A DNA stretch of 64,000 nt from Sminthopsis crassicaudata (GCF_048593235.1 NC_133620.1:455357261-455421260); one strand, 5' to 3'. Counted from the stretch's first letter, positions 25,401 to 37,853 are shown. Numbers and translations: made by a program. The notes: generated by a model not told the origin, from the letters alone.

Positions 25401-28400
25401 TGTAGGGGTCTCCCCAGGACTATCGCCCCTCCTCTCCCACACAAAGCGACACATTCCAGCCCCAGCCCAGCTCCTAAACGGACGAAGTGATTGGTATCGT
25501 CGTACAGAGCAACCTTTGCAACCCAATAGAGGCATCGGGGAGACCCAGCCCAGACCTGCAGCTAGTGTCCTGGGGAGGAGCGTGCGTAAGGAGCACGGGT
25601 CACCCCCAAGCCCCCTTTGAGCCTGGGGGAGGGACGCTCCTCTTCGGGGCTGGGTGCGGTCATAAGACCACTCCGCGGTTACCCACCCGGGGACTTCTCT
25701 ACGGAGAGCCAGGCTTTTTCCCTAAGCCTCGAGGAGGGACTGGAGGGAGGCACAGAAGGGGTGTGGGCTGAGGAAGCGGGCGCACGCTGGGATGTGTACT
25801 GAAGCCTGTGGGTGAAGGAGCCTGGGAGTCCTCAGGGACAGGTTCTTCCAGCCTTCACGTGTGTGACCTTGTCCAAGTCATCTGTCCTCCTCCCATCGCA
25901 TTAGCCGAGTTCAGTGTATTCCTCTGTAAAATGAAGAGTTTGGATTCCGTGACCTATAAACTGCCTTCCTAGCTCTGATAATCTACGGTTCTGGCGTGTC
26001 AGGCTGAGAAACGGCTCCCCCCCCCCATTGGAGGATGTGGGGAGCAGAGCTAAGAGCTTGGGCATGGATAGGGAGGGAGTAGGGGGGGCGCGGGCGCGGG
26101 GCCGGACTACCGAGGGGCTTTCTGGAGCTAGGTGGGCTTACTCCCACGGTTCCTCAACCTTTCTCCAATCCATTCCCTAGGCAGTCCGGGGTTTCAGATT
26201 CTTCGTATGCGGTGGAATAAAAAAGGGAAGTTTGGGGGTAAGGACCCCCCCAGTTCGAAGCCCGGTGAAGAGATTGGGTTTCATCAGATCCCGATCCCGG
26301 AGCTCAGCGGGTCCAGGAGAAGGAAGGAGGGGACCCTAGGACCAATTGTTCTAGCTCTCTCTGGGTCAGTCAGACGAGTCTGATTTGGACAGCTCCCTAC
26401 AGTGTCCCCACAGCTAGTGGAGGGGGTACGGAGGGGAATACACAACTCTTCTCTGGCAAAGGCAGCCAGCCAGCCACCGGGTCCTCACTGGAGCTTTTGT
26501 TGGAGAGCGTGGGGGACGGAGTTATTTTAGTCCCCACGAGGGCTGGGAGCGGCTGTGGAGTCCGGGCCCGGGCAGGATGGGGGTGGCTCGGAGGCGGGCG
26601 TTGTGGTATAAGATTGAGGGGAGCTAGCGGAGGCCTCCCCGAAGTGCTGCGATTACTCAGGTCAGTGAGTAATTCGGCCCAAGAAGCCCCCGCGGGGAAA
26701 TGGGCTGAGTGCAAGTGGGGGGGGAGGAAAGAGGTGGGAGGCAATCCATGTGCTCTGCTGGCGGCCGAGTTGGGGAGGGGGGTGGAGAAGCACCCTGGAA
26801 GCTGAGAAAGATCCTGGGGTCCGGTCACCGCTTCTCCACCTGAGCTGAGACCAACCGATCTCGGTCTCGCCAGGCTTCTCGGGTGCTTCTGAGAAGTGGT
26901 AGAATCGAGTAAGAACCAAAAGTGACGTTCTGGACCCCTAACCATCCCCGCCCACCCCGGGCCAGCGGCTCTGAGACTCCGGGGCCATTCATCAGAAATA
27001 AGGAAAGCGGGAGCGGGGGGATGGGCGATGCGCTCCCAGAGCTCCCACTCCCAGGCCGGGGTCGGCCCCACTGAGGAAAAGCCTGGAAAGTTGCCTCTGA
27101 TGCCAGGGACAGGCCTCAGCTTTGAGACCAAGCCAGGGCCAGAGACGAACTTCCAGGATCTCGCCCTTAGGACGCCAACCACCCGTAGGAGCCCCGGCTG
27201 GGAGTGGGGCGCCCTCCGGAGCGAGGGGAGGGGGACTCAGAGCAGAGACTCGGGGCCAAAGGTCGCGAATGGGACCAAGGGGAGCGGGAGGCGCTTCGCT
27301 GTCTGTGATTGGGCAGAGAACTTGGTTTGAGAGATTAACCCGACTGAAAAAACAGGGAGAGGAGCACGTCAGTGGGAGGGAGAGGTACCGGAACAGCTCG
27401 CCCAGCTGTTTTCATGGACTCCACAAGGAATCTAGAGGGAGGGATCATGTGGTCCAGAGGACAGTGACCTTTGGTTCAAAAGAAGCCTCGGTTTCAAATC
27501 CCGTTTGGCACACCCACAGTTGGGACCCAAGGCCAGATTGTCCGGGAGCCTCTGTATTTCTTCATATGAGAAAATGGAATGATGCATTGTAACATTTACC
27601 TCGCCTCTCCCAGGACCAGCAGATACTGTCCCTGAGGCTCACTATCTCCTTGGTACTAGTGTATATTCTGTGTCCAGGTAGCCGGCCCTCCCCTCCCTCC
27701 CCCAATTAAAAGGTAAGCAGCTTCTTGAGGAGAGTTTTGGTTTTTGGTTTTTCCCCCACCCCCAGCGTTTAGCACGGGACAAGTCCCACAGAGTAAGCAT
27801 TTAATAAGTGCTGCTGGTTGGGTGATTATTGGGGAACTTGCCCAGGTCCTTGAGAAGAACGCTTTGGAGGAGGATACGAGGGCTTAGAGGGCATGGAAGA
27901 GCGCGCTCCGCCCTTTTGGCGGGAGTCGCTGTCACTACGGATTCACCGAAGGGTGACTGAGCCGGGCTGGGCCCTTCACCCAGGCTCCAGGCGGGTGGCC
28001 AGCTAGCTGACAGTCCTCTCAATCCTGTTTCTTTCTGCCTCCCGGGCAGGGCCCAGACCCAGCTTCTTGTTTTCCCTTCTTTCTCGCACCTTAATTAGGG
28101 GTTTCTAAGCAGAGAGGGCCTCCGGGGGAGCCTGAGGCCGCTTGGCTTAGGGGAGTTCCGCTTAAAGGGCCAGAGGCCCGGATTAGTTTCGGGAGGGGGA
28201 GGAGCCAGGGGAGGCCGGGCTGGGAGGTTGGTTGAACAAAGCAGCCCAGAAAGCTAGGGCACGGAAACGGGAGGCTTTCCACTGCAGGCCGTGCTGGGAG
28301 CAGCCGCCACCGGCTTGGCTTGGCCGGGGCTGATTCTCCAGGCTGACCCGCCCTCCACGGCGCTGTACCCAGGCTCAGACCAGGCCGCGGACAAAGTAAC

Positions 28401-28849
28401 CTGGTCAGAGGCGGTAGCCGGGTTGGCTGCAGCTGCAGGCCCCTCCGATTCAAACGTGGGCCGTCCCAGGGGCCTGGGGCTCAGACCCCCCAGACCCATT
28501 AGCCACTGCATTCGGGAAAGTCGTGAAGACTGAAGAGGCTCGCGCACAGGGGGTCTCCGAGCTCCCCGGGAAGTCCAAGCGTGGGAGACTCTTTTTGACC
28601 CCGCTTCCCACCTGACCCTAAGCTGGGTCCGAGGTGCTACACTGGGGTGACATTGTGTGACCCCCTCCGGGGCTAGGCTGTATTAGCTTGGGGAGCAGTC
28701 CAAGTGCCCACTGTGGGTTGGACCCTGTGCTGGGCCAGCGGAGGTACCAGCTTGTTGAAATGGAACAGTCCCTGCTCACCTGGAGCCAACAGTCCCGGGG
28801 AGGGGGCGGGGATATGGGAAGGTTTATGGTACGGAGTGGGGAGAGGACA

Positions 28850-29500
28850 AGGAAAGACTCATCCCCCCAGGGACGTGAGAAGGAACCAGGGCTGGACCCC
28901 GCGGGAAAGGTCCGGGGTCAGGCGCGGCGATTTGAGGGCAGGACACGCCCCCACATTTCCAGTCCCCACCTTCCGACTCTCCGCCCCGCCTTCTCCCGCG
29001 AGTTGCTCGGCGATCTATTGGCGATGCCTGCGGGCTCGGTCGCTCCGGTTCGTCGAGCGCTGTCTTTTGGGTCCCCACGTGGGAGAGCTGACGATGGCGG
29101 CCTTGGCCGAACCGGAGGCCCGCGGCCCCGGAAGCCGGGGCGGCCCCGGCAAAGGTAGGTGCGCGGGCCCGGCGCGGCCTTCCTCCTCCTCCTCTCGTCT
29201 CCCTCTCCGTGCCCGGGCCCTCCGAGGCCGCCCGCCAGATGCTCCGGACCCGCTCCGATTCCCTGGGACGCTCGCTTTGCGTCCGAGGCGCCCGCGGGTC
29301 AGAGCAGGGACCGTGAAGGGCTGGAACCTGGTCCCGCGACTCTTCAGTGCTCGCGGGGCCTCGGCAGGTCACGGCCCTTCCTGGCTCCGTTTTCCTCTGG
29401 GGTCAGAAAGACCCGAGTTCAAATGCGCCACTTCCCAGCATAGCCAGTCGCCTCTTCGGCCTCCGGTTCCTCCTCCGTAAAATGGGATTCTTCATAGCCC
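28850..29500 (+). promoter_or_regulatory. DPH1: DPH1 CpG-island promoter
   Basis: CpG-rich. GC box CCGCCCCGCC at ~28981 and reverse CCAAT (ATTGG) at ~29017, just upstream of the ATG. Confidence 0.75.
29094..29154 (+). CDS. DPH1: DPH1 exon 1 (MAALAEPEARGPGSRGGPGK G)
   Basis: ACG ATG G start, 61 nt, donor AAAG|GTAGGT. Phase is compatible with exon 2. Confidence 0.9.
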
Positions 29501-31086
29501 CCGGCATAAAATGCATTTAGTACATAATAGGCTTTTCTCCCCTTCCCCCCCAAGTGAGGGGATCCCCAATCCCCGGACGCCCCCCAAACAAACCCCTGGA
29601 TAGAGACTCAGAGACCACTTTTTTGGGAGGAGGGGCCTCAGAGACCCCGGCCCATAGCTCACCCCACGTGGCCTTGGCGCCCCCTAGTTGGAGGTCCCAG
29701 GGATTTGAGCTCCAGGGTCTCTGAAACATGAGATTTAGAAGTTTCCATCTTCGGGGGTGAGGGACGGAGAGCGCCCCCTCCCCCGTCCAGGAGGAGTGAG
29801 GGGACTTGTTCTTAGAGGCCACGATGAAGTGGGGTCCGGAGGAGCCGGGTTCTGGTGCCTTTGACCTTGCATGAGGGGGAGTGTTTTCCTATTTCTGCCT
29901 GGCGTTTACAGAGGCATTGTGCCGGGCCTTAGCCGCTGGTTTGACATCCCAGCCCCTCATTTCAGGTCCCCATCTCCGGGACTTGATGTGACTTCCGGGG
30001 GGGCAGGACCCCTGACCGAGGCACTGCTGCTTTAGACGCCATTTCTAAGAGGCATGCTTTAGGCCTCGCTCCCAGGCCAGGGATCAGACAGGGGGCAGAT
30101 TTCTCTGCAGCCCTTCCCCTAACTCCTTCATTAGCTAGACAGCCAGTGTCTGACCGAGGGCAGCCAGGAGTCTGCCAGTGGAAGTGGGCTGGGGGAGCGG
30201 CTGCTCTTACCCGTGGGGGAAGTGGAGGCTTCCTATCTGTGTCACATGGTCTTGCTCATATGATCTGCTCAGTCATTTCCAAGTCGTGCTGACTCTGTGA
30301 CCCAGTTTGGAGTTTTCTTGGTATCTGGGATGGTTTTGGCCATTTCCTTCTATTCACTTTGCCAGCCACTGTCCCTTACCTTACGTGCAGTGGTGGGAGT
30401 GATCCCCTCCTAGGATTTTCCAAGCCTGCTAGCTCTATGCCAGGGTGATTTGTCTCTGTGAGTCCGGGGGATCCCAGAATTTGAGGGTTGTGGGTTTCTC
30501 AGAGGCCGTGGAGTCCAGGACTCCCACAGCCCATCCAGGCCGCCTCCAGCTAGAAATCTTGTGAGGACATCCACCACCTCCCTGGGCAACCCCGTCCAGC
30601 TCGAATTAGTCCTTTTTTCAGTCTGTTTGTCTGAAATTTCCTTCTCGGCAACCTCGGTCCCATTAGGTGGCCCTGGTCCTGCCTCCCAATTGCTCCTGAA
30701 GGTGAAGGTCCTTTAGGACCTTGAAGACAGCTATATCTCTCCCCTACAAGTCATCTCCAGACCAAACATGAGCATCCTAGTTCCCTCTTTGGGTCACCCC
30801 ATTTTGACTTGTCAGTCTCTTTCCCAAATTGAAGACACTTCTTTTTGCCCCTTGGTTTATTGGGATTGTTCCTTTCATACACATTTTATTACACTCATTA
30901 CACTCAGTTCATTTGCAAGTTTTATGGCAGTTAATTCTGTAGATTTCTTCCTAGCTTAACATTAGTGGGAATCTGGAGAAAGGAAGGTCTCTCTTCTCCC
31001 AGGGCTACCCTTGGGCGGTGACTTTCAGAATCTCTGGCCATTGAGGCAGGATTAAGGGACACTCATTGTGGGGTCTGTGCCACCAG

Positions 31087-31242
31087 GTCGAGGGCCCCTC
31101 CGAGGCCGTCTGGCCAATCAGATCCCTCCTGAGATCCTGGCTGATCCACAGCTGCAGGAGGCTGTCCAGGCCCTGCCTTCAAACTACAACTTTGAGATCC
31201 CCAAGACCATCTGGAGAGTTCGGCAAGCACAAGCCAAGAAGG
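31087..31242 (+). CDS. DPH1: DPH1 exon 2 ([51 protein letters not shown])
   Basis: Conserved [14 protein letters not shown] motif of diphthamide biosynthesis protein 1. CAG| and |GTAAGC splice sites. Confidence 0.97.
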
Positions 31243-31382
31243 GTAAGCAGGGGATGGAGGGAAGGTTCTTCCTGATCCTGGAGCCTAGGATGGGCCCAGG
31301 GCAGCCCGGGGCTGTGGGTCTGGCCTAGCAGAGGTGGCCATAACCAGCCTGACTCCCCGTCTTCTCCCTCTCTGCCCCACAG

Positions 31383-31446
31383 TTGCCCTGCAGATGCCTG
31401 AAGGCCTTCTCATGTTTGCTTGTACCATTGTTGACATTCTGGAAAG
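31383..31446 (+). CDS. DPH1: DPH1 exon 3 (VALQMPEGLLMFACTIVDILER)
   Basis: ALQMPEGL motif. CACAG| and |GTGAGA. Confidence 0.97.
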
Positions 31447-32905
31447 GTGAGAAAACCCAGAAGGTTTGGGGCCATGATGATGGCTGGGTATATCTGGGCT
31501 CCCCCCTGGGGGGGGGCTGCCTCTAGCTGACCTCCAGTTCCATCTGAGATCTCTGTCCCATGTGCTAGGGACAATGAGAATGCCCTCTCCTGGGCAGTTT
31601 GGACCTGGTATGGAGGCCCAGGGCCTTCAGGGATGGCAGGTTAATGGACAATTATGTGCAGAATTGATTCAAGGAGCAGGCTTAAGGCTCTGAGGGAGTC
31701 TTTCCCCCCAAGCACAACACTGTTGTTTTGGGCAGTGGGTGTGTGTTTCTCTCCCCCCACTGCATGATTCCTCAACACAATTAGCCACAGTGGGGAGCCT
31801 GGTGTGCTGAGCTGTCTGGAACATACCACAAGAACATTAAGGGGGGAGGTGGAAGGGTGAGGTGGGGGGAGAGGGGAGGTCACCTCGTGATGGGAACCTC
31901 CCACTCCCCTGCTGCTGCTCCCCTCCCCAACTCCTCCATCCTGCTGCTACAGATCTACTTCTCCAGTCTCTCCCCCACCCCCTTGGGGATGCTCTCTGGG
32001 GCTCGGGCCAATTTGCATACATTTTAATCTATAAAAAATTAAGTGCTACGGCTGACTCAGACGCCCAGGCTGCATTTTAAGGAGCTGAATATGCTGCTGT
32101 GCTGGGCCAGATTTGGGCCCTGGGAAGGGTGGGGTGGGGACCTTGCAGCCTCTCTGGCCTTCCCTGGATCGGTCAGCCCAGAAGCTTGACACGTGCAGGC
32201 TTTGGACTTGATGTGCTTTTGGCCAGGTTTTTCTGCCTTCCATCCTCCACTGGCAGTGGGAGATGGGACAGTCACTATTCCCCTTTTCCTCAGTGATCCA
32301 GGCCTGGCACTGGTGCCCACTGCAATGTGCCACCTAGGTCCTCCTCTTTGTATTGTGAGGCTCAATGTGGAGTGGCGTGATGGGCACAGACCCCTCATAT
32401 CCGAAGTTCTAAGGAGGGGTGGCTTGGATTGGATGTTGCATGTAGTCCCATGGGAAGGGGAACAGATCCCTGTGAGGAAGTGCACATGCCAGGCAGCATG
32501 TCTGCCTCTTCATACCTGACTTAGCTTTGCTTGTGTTATGTACACAGGTGGGTACTTGGGGGGGGAGTTCTATAACACACTCAGATGTGTGTGAATGTGA
32601 GATTTGAAGGGATCCAGGTTTGTGCCTTGTATATTGGAATGTAGTCATGGGTGGATAGTCTCCTCTGCATGGGTTAGGTGGGAAAAAGGGGTGTGTGTGT
32701 GTATGTATGTATGCCTGGGAGTGAGGCAGGGGTGGAGTAAATGGGGACAGGGTCCTGTGGGAACCATCCAAGTACTCCAGCACCTAGATGGAGAGTGTAT
32801 GGGCAGCTGGACCCAGCCCACTATGTGCCGAGAGATCAGGGGAGGCTCCCTGGGGTGGGGGAGGGGACAGGCCCAGGAGGGTTTCTTCCAGACCTTTGGA
32901 GCTGA

Positions 32906-33091
<186 letters not shown>

Positions 33092-33441
33092 TGACTCTCC
33101 GCTTCTCCCTTCCCTCTGCAGTCTCACTCATTTTTCCCCCCAGACTTTGGTCTCTTTGTCTTTGTTGCTGGGAAGGCCAAGGCCTCCCCATCCCCAGGTA
33201 GAACCAGCTTTTGGATGTAGTTGCCATAGAAACAGCCGCTGTCCCAGATATGGGTGTTCTCAAGCTTGGCTTGCGCAGCAGAGGTCCTGAGCGGGGTTTG
33301 GAAGGGCCAAGTTAGAGGAGCCTGTGTCCAAGGTCACAGTCTTCCCCCATCCTCCCCTCCTGGCTTCTGGGACTGATTGTATGGCCAGGAGCCACGCCCT
33401 TTGGGATCCCTCTCTGACTGAACGCCTTCCTCCTGCCCCAG

Positions 33442-33599
33442 TGCCCATCGACGTCTCAGCCCAGGGTCTTCGGATGCTCTATGTCTTCGTCGATATCCGT
33501 ATAGACACTGCCCACTTAGTGGATTCGGTCCGACTCACCTTCCCGCCAGCGACTTCCTTGGCCCTGGTCAGCACCATCCAGTTTGTCTCGTCTTTGCAA
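33442..33599 (+). CDS. DPH1: DPH1 exon 5 ([22 protein letters not shown]...TIQFVSSLQ)
   Basis: LYVFVDI motif. CCAG| and |GTGAGT. Confidence 0.97.
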
Positions 33600-33692
33600 G
33601 TGAGTGGGATCCAGGAAAGTCCCCAAAATCTCCTTGCCTTCCAGCTGTCTCCGTCCCTCCGCCCACCCAGCCTCTCCTCTTCCTCCCCACAG

Positions 33693-33814
33693 ATAATGGC
33701 CCAAGAGCTGAAGACTGAATACAAAGTGTGTGTCCCTCAGTGCAAGCCGCTGTCCCCTGGAGAGATCCTGGGCTGCACGTCCCCTCGGCTCCCTGAGGAA
33801 GTGGAGGCCATTGT
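33693..33814 (+). CDS. DPH1: DPH1 exon 6 ([41 protein letters not shown])
   Basis: [11 protein letters not shown] motif. CACAG| and |GTGAGT. Confidence 0.97.
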
Positions 33815-34727
33815 GTGAGTTCTGGAGGCTGAGGGGACCCCAGATTTCTCCAGTGACTTGACCAAGCTCATCCAGCGGCTTCTCTGGCCAATGATCATTT
33901 CAAGATGTGCATATCTTGATGTGAATTGGAATGGGGCGTGGGGGGAGGTGGGATCAAAGTGGTGGGGATGTAATTGGAGAAGACGAATGGCTGGGCCCAA
34001 ACCGCAGCCCCATTAATTTAGCATCAGGACAGCTAACGAGCAGGAGCGCACCATCTCCTGCTGCCTAATTATTTTAGGTAATGGAAATGCTTAATGTTGT
34101 GTGAATGCAGACTGGCTTGGAGCAAACTTCCCCCAGCCTTGAGGGCCCCCCTTCACCCTAGTAAGAGAGAGAAGTGCTTTCCGCCCCTCAACCCCAGGCT
34201 GGTCTGAAGCTGGCATCTCTGGCTGGACTCTTGCCCCAAAGGTGAAGGCTGTTTTCACCTGAGGAAAACGGCTCCTAGAGGATAGATTTGCAGTTGTTCT
34301 GCCAGGCCCCTGCCCTGATCCTTCCAGCCCTGCCCCTCCACCCCCTCCTTGGGCCATTTCTCTGACGCCTGTGGTCAGTTGATCTCTCTTTCCCTGATAA
34401 GTACCTGCACTTAGGGGCCTCTGAGCATAGGTGGGGGAGGGAGCAGCAGCACCGGAGGGCAGCTGCTCATTAAAATTGGATCAGTCCCCTAGGGTCTTGG
34501 GGAAGGGGCTGCAGGGGGGGGCGGCTCCTCTCCTACACTCTGGTCCTTTTAAAGGAGATGAGGCCGGCGCGTTGTATTATCTGAGGGGAAGGGGCTTGGG
34601 GGCAGCCCTGTGAGGCCCCTTCTGCATTAGAGTTGAGGTGTGGGCCCCCTCCCCCACCATTTCATCTGGGATTAAGCTGGCCACCTTCCCTCAAAAGGCG
34701 TATTAAGCATCCTTCTGCCACTCACAG

Positions 34728-34796
34728 GTATCTTGGTGATGGCCGGTTCCATCTTGAGTCTATCATGATTGCCAACCCTGGCATTTCTGCATACAG
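34728..34796 (+). CDS. DPH1: DPH1 exon 7 ([23 protein letters not shown])
   Basis: GDGRFHLE motif. CACAG| and |GTACTG. Confidence 0.97.
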
Positions 34797-35027
34797 GTAC
34801 TGGGGTGCGCGGGTAGGGAGCCTCCACCAGCCGGAGAGGGGGCAGGGATCCTGTTTGCCAAGGCTGGGGCTGCCCGGGCACTGCCGGCTTTTCTCTGCTT
34901 TCTCCCCTCCCCCTCCCAATTAGCTGAGGCTGTGGTGGGAGCGGCTGCTGTAAACCCCTGGGGGGGAACCTCCTTGTGTGGGCGGAGCCTCCGGCCCAGC
35001 TCTCCCCCCTCCCCCCCTTCTCCTCAG

Positions 35028-35184
35028 GTATGATCCCTACAGCAAGGTGTTGTCCAGGGAGCACTATGGGCACGAGCTCATGCAGGCCGCCCGCCAGGAG
35101 GCCATCAGCGCCGCCCGTTCTGCCCGGTCCTGGGGGCTCATCCTGGGCACCTTGGGCCGACAGGGCAGCCCCAAGATTCTCGAG
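35028..35184 (+). CDS. DPH1: DPH1 exon 8 ([13 protein letters not shown]...[18 protein letters not shown])
   Basis: [11 protein letters not shown] motif. TCAG| and |GTGAGC. Confidence 0.97.
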
Positions 35185-35188
35185 GTGA

Positions 35189-35844
<656 letters not shown>

Positions 35845-35859
35845 GTGGGGCGAGCTGGG

Positions 35860-36335
35860 CGTGCTGCGCGTGCGCGCGGGGAGGAAGAGGGCCTGAGAGT
35901 CCGCTAGCGGGCGGAGAGAAGCGCGCAGGCGCAGTCTTCTCCCGCTCCACTGATCGCTGAGAGCCAACACTGCCGCCCAGCGGCGGTGGAAAAGGACTTC
36001 CTCGGGGCGGGGCGGGGCGGGGCTTCGAGCGGCCTCTCCTAACCAGAATTGTTCCTCCGCCAGGTGGAGGGATCACCCGGGACTACCGAGCCGACCGTCG
36101 GCTGCAGTGATTGCGCCTGCGCCTGCCTCGAGGAGACAGTGCATTCGCCCGCTCCCTGAATGACTGTCCCTTGGCCGAAGACCCCTTTTTGGGGTTCCAT
36201 CACGGCTCATCCCCCTTCCCTGTCTACTAAAGGATCGCCCGAGCTGGGCACGCCCCTCGTGCTCAGCGCGGCCCCAGTCACTTCCGGTTCCGCTTGTGGC
36301 CGAGCGGCTTCCTGTTCTCCGGGCCGGGGGTCGCC
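35860..36335 (+). promoter_or_regulatory. OVCA2: OVCA2 promoter nested in DPH1 intron 11 / exon 12 / 3' UTR
   Basis: CpG island with NRF1-type GCGCAGGCGCA (35923-35933) and TGCGCCTGCGC (36112-36122), tandem GC boxes (~36004-36022), and an ETS/GABP motif CACTTCCGG (~36279-36287) about 50 nt before the OVCA2 ATG. Confidence 0.7.
36064..36159 (+). CDS. DPH1: DPH1 exon 12, last coding exon (VEGSPGTTEPTVGCSDCACACLEETVHSPAP*)
   Basis: CCAG| acceptor. Resembles the human C-terminus as recalled (VQEGS...ACEDCSC...PLAP*). The joined CDS is 1335 nt (444 aa plus stop) with every phase consistent. Confidence 0.85.
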   Translation: MEGSPGTTEPTVGCSDCACACLEETVHSPAP

Positions 36336-36504
36336 ATGTCGGAGCCGCGACCTTTGCTGCGGATTCTGTGCCTGGCCGGCTTTAGACAGAGCGAGCGGGG
36401 CTTCCGCGAGAAAACCGGGTCTCTGAGGAAGGCGCTGCGAGGCCGCGCTGAGCTTCTCTACCTCAGCGGCCCGCACCCCATCCCAGAGCCCGCCCCCGCA
36501 CATG
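36336..36504 (+). CDS. OVCA2: OVCA2 serine hydrolase (FSH1 family), exon 1 (MSEPRPLLRILCLAGFRQS...PAH G)
   Basis: GCC ATG T start, LCLAGFRQS motif, donor CATG|GTGAGT. Confidence 0.95.
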
Positions 36505-36969
36505 GTGAGTGAGGGTCTGGTCCCGCCCCCTCCGATCACGTGGGGCTCCGCCCCTTCTGCCAGCTCCTGGAGGTCCCACCCAGGTCCGCGCGCCCGCCCC
36601 AGTAGCATCCCCGGAGTCATTCCCATCTCTTGTCCAGAAGGTCTCTCCGGGCTCTCCCCCCGCCCCTTGGCCGGCTTTTCCAGACCCCCGTTTCTCTCCC
36701 GCCCCCTGCTTCTTCTACCTGCATCTGTTTGCCTCCTCCCTGGAGCTCCTTCCCATCCTGACTCATGCTTGATCCCGCCCTTCCCCCATGCCCCTGCCAT
36801 TTTGGGGGTAACACTCGGCCCCATCCCCACCTCTCACAATTCCTCCCCTCCCCCCATGTTCCAGTCCTGGGCTAAGGCTTGGTCTCGGCCCCCCTTGACA
36901 ATCTTCCAGAGACCACCCTCCCTCCCGCCCCTTGCAGCTCTGGCTCACCTTTTTGTCTTGCTCCCGTAG

Positions 36970-37469
36970 GACCCTGTTCCCCAGAGGAAGAACCTCGAGG
37001 ATGGTGGTTTTCCGAGCCTGAGGCAGCCGCGTTCTCTGCCCTGGAAGAGCCGGCAGAATGCCGGGGCCTGGAGGAAGCCTTAGGAGTGGTCCAGCAAGCC
37101 ATGGCCAAACACGGGCCCTTGGACGGACTCCTTGGTTTTAGTCAAGGGGCAGCGTTAGCAGCCTTAGTGTGCGCCTTGGGACAGGCTGGTGACCCCCGCT
37201 TCCCCCTCCCTCGCTTTGTCATCTTGGTTTCTGGTTTCCGCCCAAGAGGCCCCCGCCTCTCCCCCCCTTTGCTGCAGGCACCCCTGCTGCTGCCTTCACT
37301 GCATGTGCTGGGGGAGACTGACCGTGTCATCCCTACTCAGGAGAGTCTGGAGCTAGCCGGCTGCTTCTCCGGGGCCGTCACGCTCTCCCACCCTGGGGGC
37401 CACTTCATTCCAGCTGCCTCTCCCCAGCGCCAGGCGTATCTCAAGTTCCTGGACCAGTTTACAAAGTGA
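36970..37469 (+). CDS. OVCA2: OVCA2 exon 2 to stop; protein 222 aa
   Basis: GTAG| acceptor. Catalytic triad motifs GFSQG (Ser), GETD (Asp) and GGHF (His). Ends LKFLDQFTK*. Confidence 0.97.
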
Positions 37470-37847
37470 GGTTTCTGGATTCCCTCGAAGCTCTGTCCCT
37501 TCAGCAGAGCCTTGAAGATACTTGAAGCTCTTACCAGCCACTCTTGCCAGCAGCCTTCCTTGTCATGGCTGCAGCTCCTGGCCATCATCGAGACAAATGT
37601 GGGTGCCCTGGGGCTCAAACTATGCACAGCTTCCAGAGAGGAGCAGCATGGCGAACTCTCATCATGAGAGGGGAGATTCCACAGAGAAGAGAGCAAGCAG
37701 GCCCACACCGGAGGCAGATTTTCCCCTGCCATAGTTTACACTGTGAAATGGGCTCAGAGGATTTAAAGCAGGTGTATTGGGCTAATAGTAGGCAGGAAAC
37801 AGGGTAGATTTGGAGAATGTTAAAACATATGTTGTTAATTACCATCC

Positions 37848-37853
37848 AATAAA
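37848..37853 (+). terminator. Polyadenylation signal for OVCA2 (probably shared with DPH1)
   Basis: First AATAAA downstream of both stop codons, followed by U/GU-rich sequence. Confidence 0.8.

Noticed and set aside
22577-25490. 384-aa and 562-aa ORFs and many overlapping ORFs
   Set aside because: Low-complexity Pro/Arg/Gly/Ala translations of a CpG island; stop codons are rare at this GC content.
35845-35907. DPH1 ending by read-through of exon 11 (…GLRVR*)
   Set aside because: A downstream exon at 36064-36159 resembles the human C-terminus and has a good acceptor, so the spliced form is preferred. Read-through is at most a minor isoform.
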